Below are positions 53,183 to 64,000 of a DNA stretch of 64,000 nt, one piece after another; within the stretch, counting starts at the first letter, position 1; each line of letters opens with the position of its first letter. The position numbers were made by a program, and so were the translations under genes. Below the pieces are notes generated by a model. The model was not told the DNA's origin and made no database searches. It saw nothing but the letters and a program-made list of their open reading frames with translations. This DNA is from Octopus sinensis (taxonomy: Eukaryota). The stretch covers positions 884-64,883 of the forward strand of contig NW_021830452.1 in the NCBI RefSeq assembly GCF_006345805.1. The letters are read 5' to 3'.

Positions 53183-53760
53183 CCTTTCTATTATAGGCAC
53201 AAGGCCTGAAATTTTGGCTGAGGGAGCCAGTCGATTAGATCGACCCCATTACGCATCCGGTACTTAATTTATCGGCCCCGAAAGGATGAAAGACAAAGTC
53301 GAAATACCTATTTCTTTACTACCTACAAGAAACTAAACACAGAGAGGACAAACAAGGACAGACGAACGGTTTAAGTCGATTATATCGACCCCAGTGCGTA
53401 ACTGGTACCTATTTAATCGACCCCGAAAGGATGAAAGGTAAAGTCGACCTCGGCGGAATTTGAACTAAGAACGTAGAGGCAGACGAAATACGGCTAAGCA
53501 TTTCGCCCGGCGTGCCAACGATTCTGACAGCTCTCTGCCTTAATAATAGTAGTAATAGTAATGATGATGATGATGATGATGATTTCAAATTTTGATACAA
53601 AGCCAGCAGTTTCAGGGGAAAAGGTCAGTCTTTGACCCCAGTGCTCAACTGGTACTTGTTTTACCAACCCTGAAAGGATGAAAGGCAAAGTCGACACCGG
53701 CAGAATGTGAACTCAGAACGTAAAGTCGAACGAAATGCCGCTAAGCAATTTTCCCGGTGA
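53180..53760 (-). mobile_element. SINE-A cluster with the same dimer junction
   Basis: GAAATACCTATTTC at 53301-53314. Confidence 0.88.
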
Positions 53761-53770
53761 TGTAACGATT

Positions 53771-54416
53771 CAGCGCATTGATGACAACAGGGAGATGGTA
53801 GAGCTCATTACCCCCAATACAAGAGCATTTGAGTCTCTGGTGACATGTGAGAAAAGCTGGATCGACTGTTATCCAGATATCAGGAGACAGTGACCAATGA
53901 AAGCATTCTGGCTCCACCGGACTCAAGAGGGCCAAGCAAAGCCAGTCCACCGGAAAGCTTATGAAGATCTCCTTCTTCGAAAGAGGATCAACAAAGAGTA
54001 TCTTTTGTTGGTTTGAGAGAGCTCGGGAAAATATTTCATTGCAAAAGGACAAAACGCTTCCACATGGGTCGGTGGAACCTGCACCGGACAATGAATCAGT
54101 CCACAATTCCATCCTGGTAACCGGCTACTTGGCAGAGACAGGAGTCAAACTATTCTCCGCACTCCGTACAGTCCAGACCTAGCTTGCTGTGTCTTTTGGT
54201 TGTCCCCCAAGCTCAAGGAGAGCCTCAGGGGCAGTTGTTTTGAAGACATTGAGGTTATAACAAAGGCCCTGGACACTTTCCACGAGGCCTACACGAAGTG
54301 GCTGCAGTACTACAGGTGCATCGAAATCTTTGAAGTGGGGTTAGTGTTTTGTACTTCTTAGAAATTAATAGATGTCTTTCCTGAATAAGTCTCAAAACTT
54401 CAAGAATGCACCTTAC
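53771..54416 (+). mobile_element. Degenerate mariner transposase 3' half and right end
   Basis: VTCEKSWI, DNES.VHNS, PYSPDLAC..FWL.PKLKE: the mariner YSPDL motif. Confidence 0.85.
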
Positions 54417-54450
54417 ATTTATCAGTTATATCTTATGTAATCAGACGTAG

Positions 54451-54996
54451 CATACATACATACATTATGGCTGCCCCCTCGTTATCGAGTATGGCCATTG
54501 CACGAAGCTTAACTGTTATTGGTGCTGTGATCGAATGTAACTTTTTAGCCCAGCTAAAGATCTACAATGTCTTGTACAGAATTGGCAGCTAAAACCTTTA
54601 CCGGCAATAGCCGGCTGTAGTTGTAACTGGGCTTCATGTACCTTTGCATGTCGTTTAAGTATTCCCGCCGAATTACACTCACTCTCTTCCACATGCCTGA
54701 CAGATATGATTAGTATGTTGTGTTGCACTACCACCAGTGGCTAGGTTGTCACTCATATGTCTCGCTTTATGACTACGAAGATGACTCTTGAGTACAGCTT
54801 TACTGAGGCAGGGTCTTGCACAGACACTGCATGTTAGCATCAAAGGAAGACCCTTCCCATCTGGAAGTGTAACAGCGATGCCCTTCCTGACATCCCTCCT
54901 TACTTTCTCATGTGCAACTCGAGATTTCTCAAAGGTGTCTGTCACCTCGTGCACAATCCTTCTCCGCCTGCTACGATCAATAGCTATGCCTTCCCA
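54451..54996 (-). mobile_element. RTE LINE 3' fragment encoding three C2H2 fingers, in (TACA)n
   Basis: WEGIAIDRS..FEKSR then CSVC..HLRSH, CQAC..HAKVH and CQFC..YIRSQH; a 4-bp GAGT duplication near 54680 shifts the frame; tail GGCAGCCATA(ATGT)n. Confidence 0.85.
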
Positions 54997-55207
54997 TACA
55001 TACATACATACATACATACATACATACATACATACATACATACACACATACACACATACATACATACATAAATGCATACATACATATACACACACATGTA
55101 TGCATGTATGCATGTATTTCTGTCTGTCTCAGTGCGTGACTGCTTGTCTGTTTGTCTGTCTCCCTCTCTCTCTTTCTCTTTCATTCTCTGTCTCCCTTAT
55201 CTATCTA

Positions 55208-55290
<83 letters not shown>

Positions 55291-56039
55291 GTCTATCATT
55301 TCCATTATGTAATCATTTATCATGTGTGTAATCAAGACTATCTGTCAAAAGCGGATTAGATGCATACTAGTGAGCTGAAAAGAAGGTGGTGACCTTTGTG
55401 CATTTCTCAAGAGCATCAGGGATGGAGATAGGGTAGTATCTCCAACCGGCCGGAAATGAAATCCGAGCAGCAGACTTGGCTTGGCTGCCTGTAGCTGACT
55501 TCCTCGATGGATGGACGGACGGCGACTGCATTGTGGAACGATAAAACAATATCAAAACGATCGGAGACAGATAGGTAGATAATGAGAGAAAGAGGGGGGA
55601 GAGAGATGGAGAGGGAAGGAAAGGAACAGAGAGAGAAAGAGAGAGAGGGAGAGAGAGAGAGAGAAGGAGGGAGACGAGCAGAATGAGAGAGAAAGAGAGA
55701 GAGTTGAAATAAGAGGTGAGTAAGATAGAATATGTCAAGATATGATGTATGTTTTGTTGACATGTTTGGTAAATGTTAGTTGCTGTTCGGTAAGAACATG
55801 TCAACTGATATTTTAGAGGAATCTCTCTTAATTAACCGGAAGTTGTCCTTCCATTTATAGGAAGCCATCTTCTTCGAGATTGGAATGGTAAGGTTACTAA
55901 GTCTCAATATGTCTGACATATGTTTGTAGATGCTCAATATTATAGACACGTACGTATGCATTATACGTATGTATATGTATAGATGCACATATACATATGT
56001 ATGTGCATGTATATGCATGTGTACATGTATATATATATA

Positions 56040-56078
<39 letters not shown>

Positions 56079-56184
56079 CTATGTTTGTATGTATGTATAT
56101 ATTGTATGTATATATGAACGTATGTGTGCACGAATGTATAAATGCAAGTATATATCTATAAATATCTGTGTTATGTACGAATGC

Positions 56185-56244
<60 letters not shown>

Positions 56245-56674
56245 TGTGTGTGTGTGTGTGTGTGTGTGTGTATGATGTGTGTGTGTTCTAAATGGTCAGT
56301 AATGATCTTCGGTCACGAGTTGACAGCACATATATTTACATGCATATATGTATGTAAATATATGTACAAGTGTGATCTGTATAATTATAAGCAAAGTTTT
56401 GTGCAGTTCAGTGTATTAACGCAAATTCTCCGCATACAAACAAATATAGGCACTCGCGTGCGCGCCCGCACATGTGATAACACACATACTACCATAAATA
56501 TGTATTTAACTCATAAACGCAATTTAACTTACAAACATACAACATACAAACGTAAGAAATATAAGGTATATATATATAATAATTATTGAGGGAATACTAA
56601 TCCTAACTTACAGGGAAAAATTCAATTTAGAAATACTAAATCAAATTTCATACAATATAATATATATATATATA

Positions 56675-56717
<43 letters not shown>

Positions 56718-56972
56718 AAGAAATATTAATATGGCGATAACTATTAATATATATATATAGATATATGTAAATTAGAAAAAAACACCTTTTATCAATTCAA
56801 AATGAACAATTAAATTACACCATCTAGAAAATTACATATAATAGAAATATTAAAATTAAATAACAATAATATACCGATGATTAAGTAAATTGCAAAAAAG
56901 TAATAAAAACGTATATAATCGGTTTATATATTGGTATATAATTGGTATATATATATATATACATATATATAA

Positions 56973-57050
<78 letters not shown>

Positions 57051-57051
<1 letters not shown>

Positions 57052-59497
57052 CCGCCAACTCAATGACACCTCCTTCTATTCTCCTCTGCCCTCTAACCCC
57101 ACACGTAGCTACCAACAGACGGTATCCTCTACTGTCCAAGACCTCATCTCGTCCTCCCGTCTCCCCCGCACCGCATCCAACCTAATTGTGCGAACCCCAC
57201 GTACCCCCACCATTTACTTCTCTCCCCCAAATCCCCAAAACCCACAACCTGGCCGCCCCATCGTCTCCGCCTGTAACCGCCCCACGGAGCTCATCTCTAA
57301 ATACCTCGACCGTGTCCTTGCCCCCCTAGTGGCATCTCTTCCTCCCACATCCACGATACCAACCATGCTCTCCGGCTTTTCAACTCTTTCTCCTTTCCTC
57401 CCGGCTCCTCCAAAATCCTTTTTACTATGGACATCCAAAGCCTCTATACTGTTATCCCTCACCACGAAAGACTGCAGGCCCTTCGACACTTTCTTGACCT
57501 CCGCTCTAACCTTGTACCTGACACCTCCACACTCATTCGTCTGGGGAGTGGCCATGGGAACGCGAATGGGCCCCAACTATGCGAATCTGTTCGTTGGCTA
57601 TGTTGAGGCCCAAATATTCTCTAATTTCACTGGTCCCACTCCTGAACTATATGGTCGTTACATTGACGACATTATCGGTGCCACCTCACTCTCCCGCGAA
57701 CATCTAGATTCCTTCCTCTCTTTCGTCCAATCTTTCCATCCAGCCCTCCACTTCACTTCCACTATCTCCAACACCTCTGTCTCCTTCCTCGACATTTCGG
57801 TTAGCATTCTTCACTCCACTCTTACCACCTCCATTCACTACAAACACACAGACTCACACTCATACCTCAACTTCTCTTCCTCCCACCCAGAACACACCAA
57901 GCTTCCATCCCCTATTCCCAATTCCTCCGTCTACGTAGGCTCTGTAGTGACGACCATGACTTTGAGACTCAGTCTCAACGTATGGCTCACCACTTCACCC
58001 TACGTGGATACCCCCTCACCACTATCCACACCGCCCTTCCAGAGCACGGTCCGTGGACCGTGTATTTGCTCTCTCTCCCCGAACCCGCCCTGTAGTCTCC
58101 CGCCTCCATTTTCCCCTCACTTACCACCCCACGACCCTACGTCTCCAACGCACCATTCTTCGAGCTTTCCGTCATCTCCAGTCCAACCGTCCACTTCACA
58201 CCTCTTCCCTAACCGACCCCTCCCCTCTTTCAAACGAGCCCACAACCTTCGAGACCTTTTGGTCCATAGCTCCTTCCCTGACCCTACCTCCCAACCCGGC
58301 TCGTTCCCCTGCTCCCGCCCACGTTGCCGCACTGCCCTTACCTCTCCAACACCACCCGCCTCACTAGCACCCACCATCGACCCCATCCCATCATCCACTC
58401 CTTCACCTGCACCTCCAGCAATATTATCTATTGCATCTCTTGCTCTCTCTGCAATTCCTTGTACATCGGACAAACGGGACGCCGCTTGGCTGACCGGTTC
58501 GCGAACACCTTCGTGACATCCACCTGCGAACGACACACCGGTCTACGCCATTTCCGCTCCACCGGTCACTCCTTGCAACACTATCTGTGTTCGGTTTGTC
58601 CTTACACAGAGGCCATCGGATTCCCGTTTGCGCCGTGAACAGGAATTAATCTTCTCTCTTCGCTTTATACGCCATTTGGTCTCAACTCTCCCCCCTCCTC
58701 ATCTAACCCCCCTCTCCCCATCCTCACCTATCCCCCCCCCTGACCCCTACTTCTTCAGTCCTTCATCCTTTCACCCCTACTCCCCTCCTTCTTCCCTCTT
58801 TCCTCTCCCTCCTTCCCTCTTCCTCTGCTCCCTCACTCCCCTTCTCCCCCCTCCCCTTCTTCCCCCCTCCTCTCCCCTCTATCCCCCCTTCTCCCCCCTC
58901 TTCTTCCCCCCTTCCCCCCTCTTCTCCTCACTACACCACACGACTTTACACATCACATCATATATGATGTGCCATACTAATACATACACCAACTAATACA
59001 TACTAATACGTACTAAACATACTAATACATACTAAACATACACCAACCCTATACATACACACGTCCAGACCCCTCATACGCACTTATACTCTCTCATAAC
59101 ACACACACAACACTTATACATACTAATACGTACTATACATTACTAATACTACTAATACATACACCAACCCCATACATACGCCTGTCCAGACCTATCCTAG
59201 GGTCATTCAACCCTATTATCAACCCTATTATCTCCCCTTATTTCGCTCTCGCGTCTCATGTTTGATCTTTGACCTCTGGCCGAAATCAGATCGCCATGTT
59301 GATTCGTTAGTTACTGCACGCATTTTTTTCTCTCTTTTTCTGGTGTTTTTTCTCTCTGTGTATCTTTCTGTTGAAGAGCGTAGGCTCGAAATGTTAAAGA
59401 CTTGTTTTATTTATATTTCCTGAGCGCCATACTAATACAATTGTTTGTTTGTTTTCCACCTGCCTTCGTCTTTTGTCTATTTTCATAAAGCTTCCCG

Positions 59498-59500
<3 letters not shown>
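57051..59500 (+). mobile_element. 5'-truncated Penelope-like element (Poseidon-type): RT + GIY-YIG + LTR-like tail
   Basis: GRPIVS, GVAMGTRMGPNYANLF, RYIDD, FLDI, HYKxTDSHSYL; IIYCISC..LYIGQTGRRLADRF; frameshifts and an internal deletion before GVAMG; hammerhead-like motif at 59363-59400. Confidence 0.93.
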
Positions 59501-59530
<30 letters not shown>

Positions 59531-59533
59531 AAC

Positions 59534-59749
59534 TTTAGTTATTTCTCGTTGCAAATTATATATTCTATTATTATTTACAGACAACCTCCTCTTTGGGACG
59601 TAGATTTCAAAAGTGTATTTAGGATCAAAAGGCTCTGAAACGGTGAACCCTCGGGAAATACGAATTTGACTTTTGAAATCTTCGTCCCAAAGAGAAGGTT
59701 GTCTGTAAATAATAATAGAAAATATAATTTGCAACGAGAAATAACTAAA
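59534..59749. mobile_element. Short foldback / MITE with 81-bp arms
   Basis: Arms 59534-59614 and 59669-59749, 3 mismatches, 54-bp spacer. Confidence 0.9.
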
Positions 59750-60529
59750 CTTTGAGACCGACAAATCTCCCACCCTCTATCTGTCAAACAGGTTCTCTCT
59801 CTCTCTCTCTCTTCTTATTTCCATCTCTCTATATATTTACCACACTCTCTTTGTTATATTTACCACCCTCTCTTTGTGTATATACTACCTCTCACGTATG
59901 TTACTCCCCATCTCTCTCCCCTCCTCTCTCTCTCCATATGATATGCAATTTGCTTTCATCTTCTTTAAAACTTCGTCGTCTAATATTTACTTTCATTTTA
60001 TGATACAGCTATTAAACACAAATTCTGTTTTCTTTCTAGGTAAAAATGCCCAAAATTTAAACATCTGTAACATTTTTCTAAATTTATTTTTGGAAAGAAT
60101 GAATCACAAAATCGGATTTAGCGCGAAAATGTGCATCAATAAACCAAATTTGAAAATTTTCACTTAATCTGAAAATTTCAAAATCTGTTCCTGGAACGGA
60201 AAAGATCTCCCCATCTATTTATCTATATATTTATCTCTTTAATTTCCGATTTTCTCATCGTGAACTTCCTCCATCTATATATATATATATATTTATCACA
60301 CTGTCTCACTCTAAACATGTTCATTGCTTACGCTGTGTGAGAGAGAGAGAGAGGGAGAGAGAGAGTGTGACTATGTGAGAGAGAGAGTGTGTGTGTGAGG
60401 GTGTGTGTATGCATGTGAAGCACGTCATATATATACATATATATGCACGGTGCTATCTATCTATCTATCAGATCTCACTATCGCATCAATCTATCACACC
60501 TATCTATATGTAATAGATGTGATTGAAGT

Positions 60530-60604
<75 letters not shown>

Positions 60605-61504
60605 GTGATGGATAGATAGATGTGATAGATGCACTTCACAACCAGTGTTGGCTTGTTTATATTCCTGTAACGTAACAGTTCGGCAATAAGCGTGCGATAG
60701 AAAAAGTACAAAATTTAAAAGTACTAAGGTCGAATTGTTTAACGAAATACTTCAAGTTGATGTTCTATCATGGCCGCAGTCTTGTGACAGAAAGAACCAA
60801 AAACGTTAAAAGATATATTCGTGTCTGTGCGTGTGTATATGTGTGTATGCATGTGCTTGCTTGTGTGTATATTTTTCTTGTATGTTTTATTTGTCATCAG
60901 ATTGCGGCCATGCTGGGGCATAGCCTTGAAGGGTTATAGTCGAACAAATTGACTCCAGTATATATTTTCTGAACTCCGGTACTCATCGGACTCTTCCACC
61001 GAATCGGGATGCAAACAAATCGACACCGGACGAAAAGCGATGGGGAAACAGAGAGAAAGACAAAGACACGCGTCAAGTGGCTGAGAAGCAAACTGGTTAC
61101 CACAGAACCACGCCTGTGCCTTCACACAGCCATAATGTTGTAAGGAAGGAATAAATGGAATACCATCATCTCCATCCTAGGTCTAAGCATGTGTATATAT
61201 ATATATATATGAATAAAAAATGGAGTTAACGCAGGTGTAAACAAGTATTTTTACTTTCGACACATGTTTCGAAATTCCACTGATACTATTCAAAAGAATA
61301 GAATGCAATCTTCCTTCGGGAAAGTGAAAAAAATGAAACTCGTCATACGACATTTTAGCAAAAAATGATGGATTTGTATAGCGATAGACAGAACGCTATT
61401 ATAAACAAGGAGTTACAACACCTTTACTTGTGAGATTTTTGCTGCCCTGGTAACTATTTATTTATTTTTCCGTGTTAATTGTCAACAAGGTAAAAATACA
61501 CTCA

Positions 61505-61535
<31 letters not shown>

Positions 61536-61539
61536 GCGA

Positions 61540-62147
61540 CTGTCAGTAATTGTTACTGAGAGCGCAGGGTAGCACCTACATTGCTAGAAATAAGAGTCAA
61601 AGATCCTTAGACCCTCAAAGCACATGTCTATGCACTGACAGGGGAGATAACCGCCCCACAGAAAGCGAGATCACCATACTAGTCTAGTTTCTAGTGGTGA
61701 CTAGTTCATCGCTGGATGGTTTGGCTTCACCCGACCGTCAGAATATCGCATATACCATATGAATCAATGGATGATTCAGCAAAATGGTAATGGTAAAAAT
61801 ATAGAAAGAACGAAGGTGACTATACGAAGTATGAACCAAAAATGAAAATTCAGTTGTCACTAATTGTCACTGAGGATGCAGGGTGGCACCTAAATTGCGG
61901 GAAATAATTCATTGATTCGTATGCTAAATACAAAATACTGACGGATTTAACCAAACCATCCAGTGATGATGCGCTTTAACTTTAAGCCAAATTACACTAG
62001 TATGGTGATCTCATTCGCTGTGGGGCAGTTATCTCCGCTGTCGCTGCACAGGCATGAGCTTTTCTGCGGCTCTAAGGGTCTTTGAGTTTTATTTCTAGCA
62101 ACGTAGTTGCTACTCGGCTCCCACAGTCACAATTATTGACAACTGAA
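61540..62147. repeat. Long imperfect inverted repeat with an internal direct copy of the arm end
   Basis: 61541-61684 pairs with 61996-62143; 61706-61748 pairs with ~61935-61970; 61849-61907 repeats the outer arm. Confidence 0.8.
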
Positions 62148-62199
62148 TTTTGTCCTACTTGGTTTTATACTGCGTATAGCCGCCTTTGTTATAATAGCT

Positions 62200-62300
62200 G
62201 TATAAATGTACACACACACGAGTCTGTGTGCTGTATATGTTATGTATTCAAATACACATTATGTGTGTGTATGTGTATGTGTTATGTATTAATATACATG

Positions 62301-62343
<43 letters not shown>

Positions 62344-63203
62344 ATATATTTATATATGTACATACACACAGAGATAGAGAGAGATTTATACATGAATACA
62401 CACACAAGCTCATATATATTCACATCGAAGTATGGATTTTTTTAATATACTTAAACACATATATTTTATTGTTTATGAACACATTGAGTATGCGTATATG
62501 TGTTTACGCGTATCTGTGTATATATATATATGTATAGATACATACATACACACGCATATACATGTACAAATACATACATATATATGTATATATACATACG
62601 TACACATACATGCATATATATAAATACACACACGTACATATATATACATATACATATATGAATGCATAACACATACAACACACACATATATACATACATA
62701 TACATTAAACACACACATACATACACAAACATATATATACATACATGCGCTCTTACGCACATGTATATTGATATTTGCTTGTGTTTGTGTGTCTGTACAA
62801 ATGTTTGGTTAAGTACAGTCGTGCGTCTAATCTTTACACCAATGTTAACATGTACGTATTGTATCCAGAAAGCTGGCCGCCAGCAACAACCAGTACATAC
62901 AAAGAAGGGATTAATAAGCCGTGAAAAAAAAGTACACGAGCCTTTTAAGCTGTCCTATATTTAAACCGAACCGCATTTGATCAGAAGCGAAGTCCAACAT
63001 AAAATATATATATACTTGTCTACTACTTCTCCTTGTGTTCACAGACAGGTATACACCCGTTGTGAAATCATTACGGTGTATGTTGTATCACAATCTCATA
63101 CAAACACACACAAATACACAGACACTCACACATTCACTGCGTGTGTGTGTGTGCAACGTGTGATATTGGGTAGACATAAATTTCTGTACGTTTATATATG
63201 TAT

Positions 63204-63248
<45 letters not shown>

Positions 63249-63371
63249 GTATGTATGTATGTATGTATGTATGTATGTATTATGTAATACAAAAAAGGGA
63301 CGGGAACGAAAAACATCCAAACAGAGGATACAAAGAAAACACACACACATACACACATATATATTATGTAG

Positions 63372-63406
<35 letters not shown>

Positions 63407-63660
63407 GTATCTTATATATAGATAATATATATATATATTACAATTTAATATAATTAATATAGTTATGGTGTATGTCCGTGTTTGTCTGTATATATACTTA
63501 TATATATATATATATGTGTATATATACATATATATATATATACGCACATATTTATACATGTATGTATGTACTTATGTATGTGTAAGTATATCCTAGTATA
63601 GCTTGTCTGTGGTGATATGAGATACATACGTATATACGTGTGTATGTGTGCGTGTGTGTG
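62200..63660. repeat. Compound TA/TG/TACA microsatellite-rich block
   Basis: Seen directly. Confidence 0.9.
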
Positions 63661-64000
63661 CGATTTTCCGCCTTGTGTAGATATATATATGTAGATATGT
63701 TTGATATGAAAGAAAACAGGCTGATGGCAGGTGAGGAAATTCTTGCCTCAGTAATCACACTAGACGACTAATTACCGAGAGCAAAGCCATCTGCATCAGA
63801 GAAGACATTATACTATAGCAACAGCAACAGCAACAACAACAGACGCAAACAACAACAAGAACAACAACAATGGCTGCCAAAAGTACGTTGAAAGGGGGGG
63901 AAGGTTTTTGGAGATAATAGAGTAGCCAGAGGGAAGAAGGGCCTTGGCTGGTGAAGATAACATCACACAGACGATATTGTATTACAAGAGTTGCTGATCC

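Noticed and set aside
56942-58516. 524-aa ORF as an intact gene
   Set aside because: It starts in (TA)n and drifts in and out of the true Penelope frame; the C-rich strand has few stops.
63020-63060. Micro-exon candidate (TTCACAG|ACAG|GTATAC)
   Set aside because: A single weak splice-like context with no supporting gene nearby.

Overview
Repeat-saturated, AT-rich eukaryotic DNA. The SINE families, microsatellite load and TE remnants look like Octopus (coleoid cephalopod) intronic or intergenic sequence; this taxon call is from recall, not a database search. I found no credible host protein-coding exon: nearly all ORFs in the track are microsatellite artefacts or TE remnants. Recognisable content: four tRNA-derived SINE families, a Penelope-like element (RT + GIY-YIG), RTE, R4/Dong-type (RLE) and CR1-like LINE fragments, two hAT remnants (one with both TIRs and a TSD), mariner and maT remnants, and several MITE/foldback elements. 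Most interesting observations: (i) a SINE forming head-less 183-bp tandem multimers through one palindromic junction that recurs at three loci; (ii) two hammerhead-ribozyme-like motifs in Penelope-type LTR sequence; (iii) an (AAT)n-targeting LINE plus a 555-bp non-coding (AAT)n-embedded element; (iv) an RTE C-terminus with three C2H2 fingers; (v) three ~160-nt GC-rich islands that appear to replace, not interrupt, parts of SINEs, one with a Kozak ATG and hairpins and one with a possible pseudoknot. Boundaries of degenerate elements are approximate.
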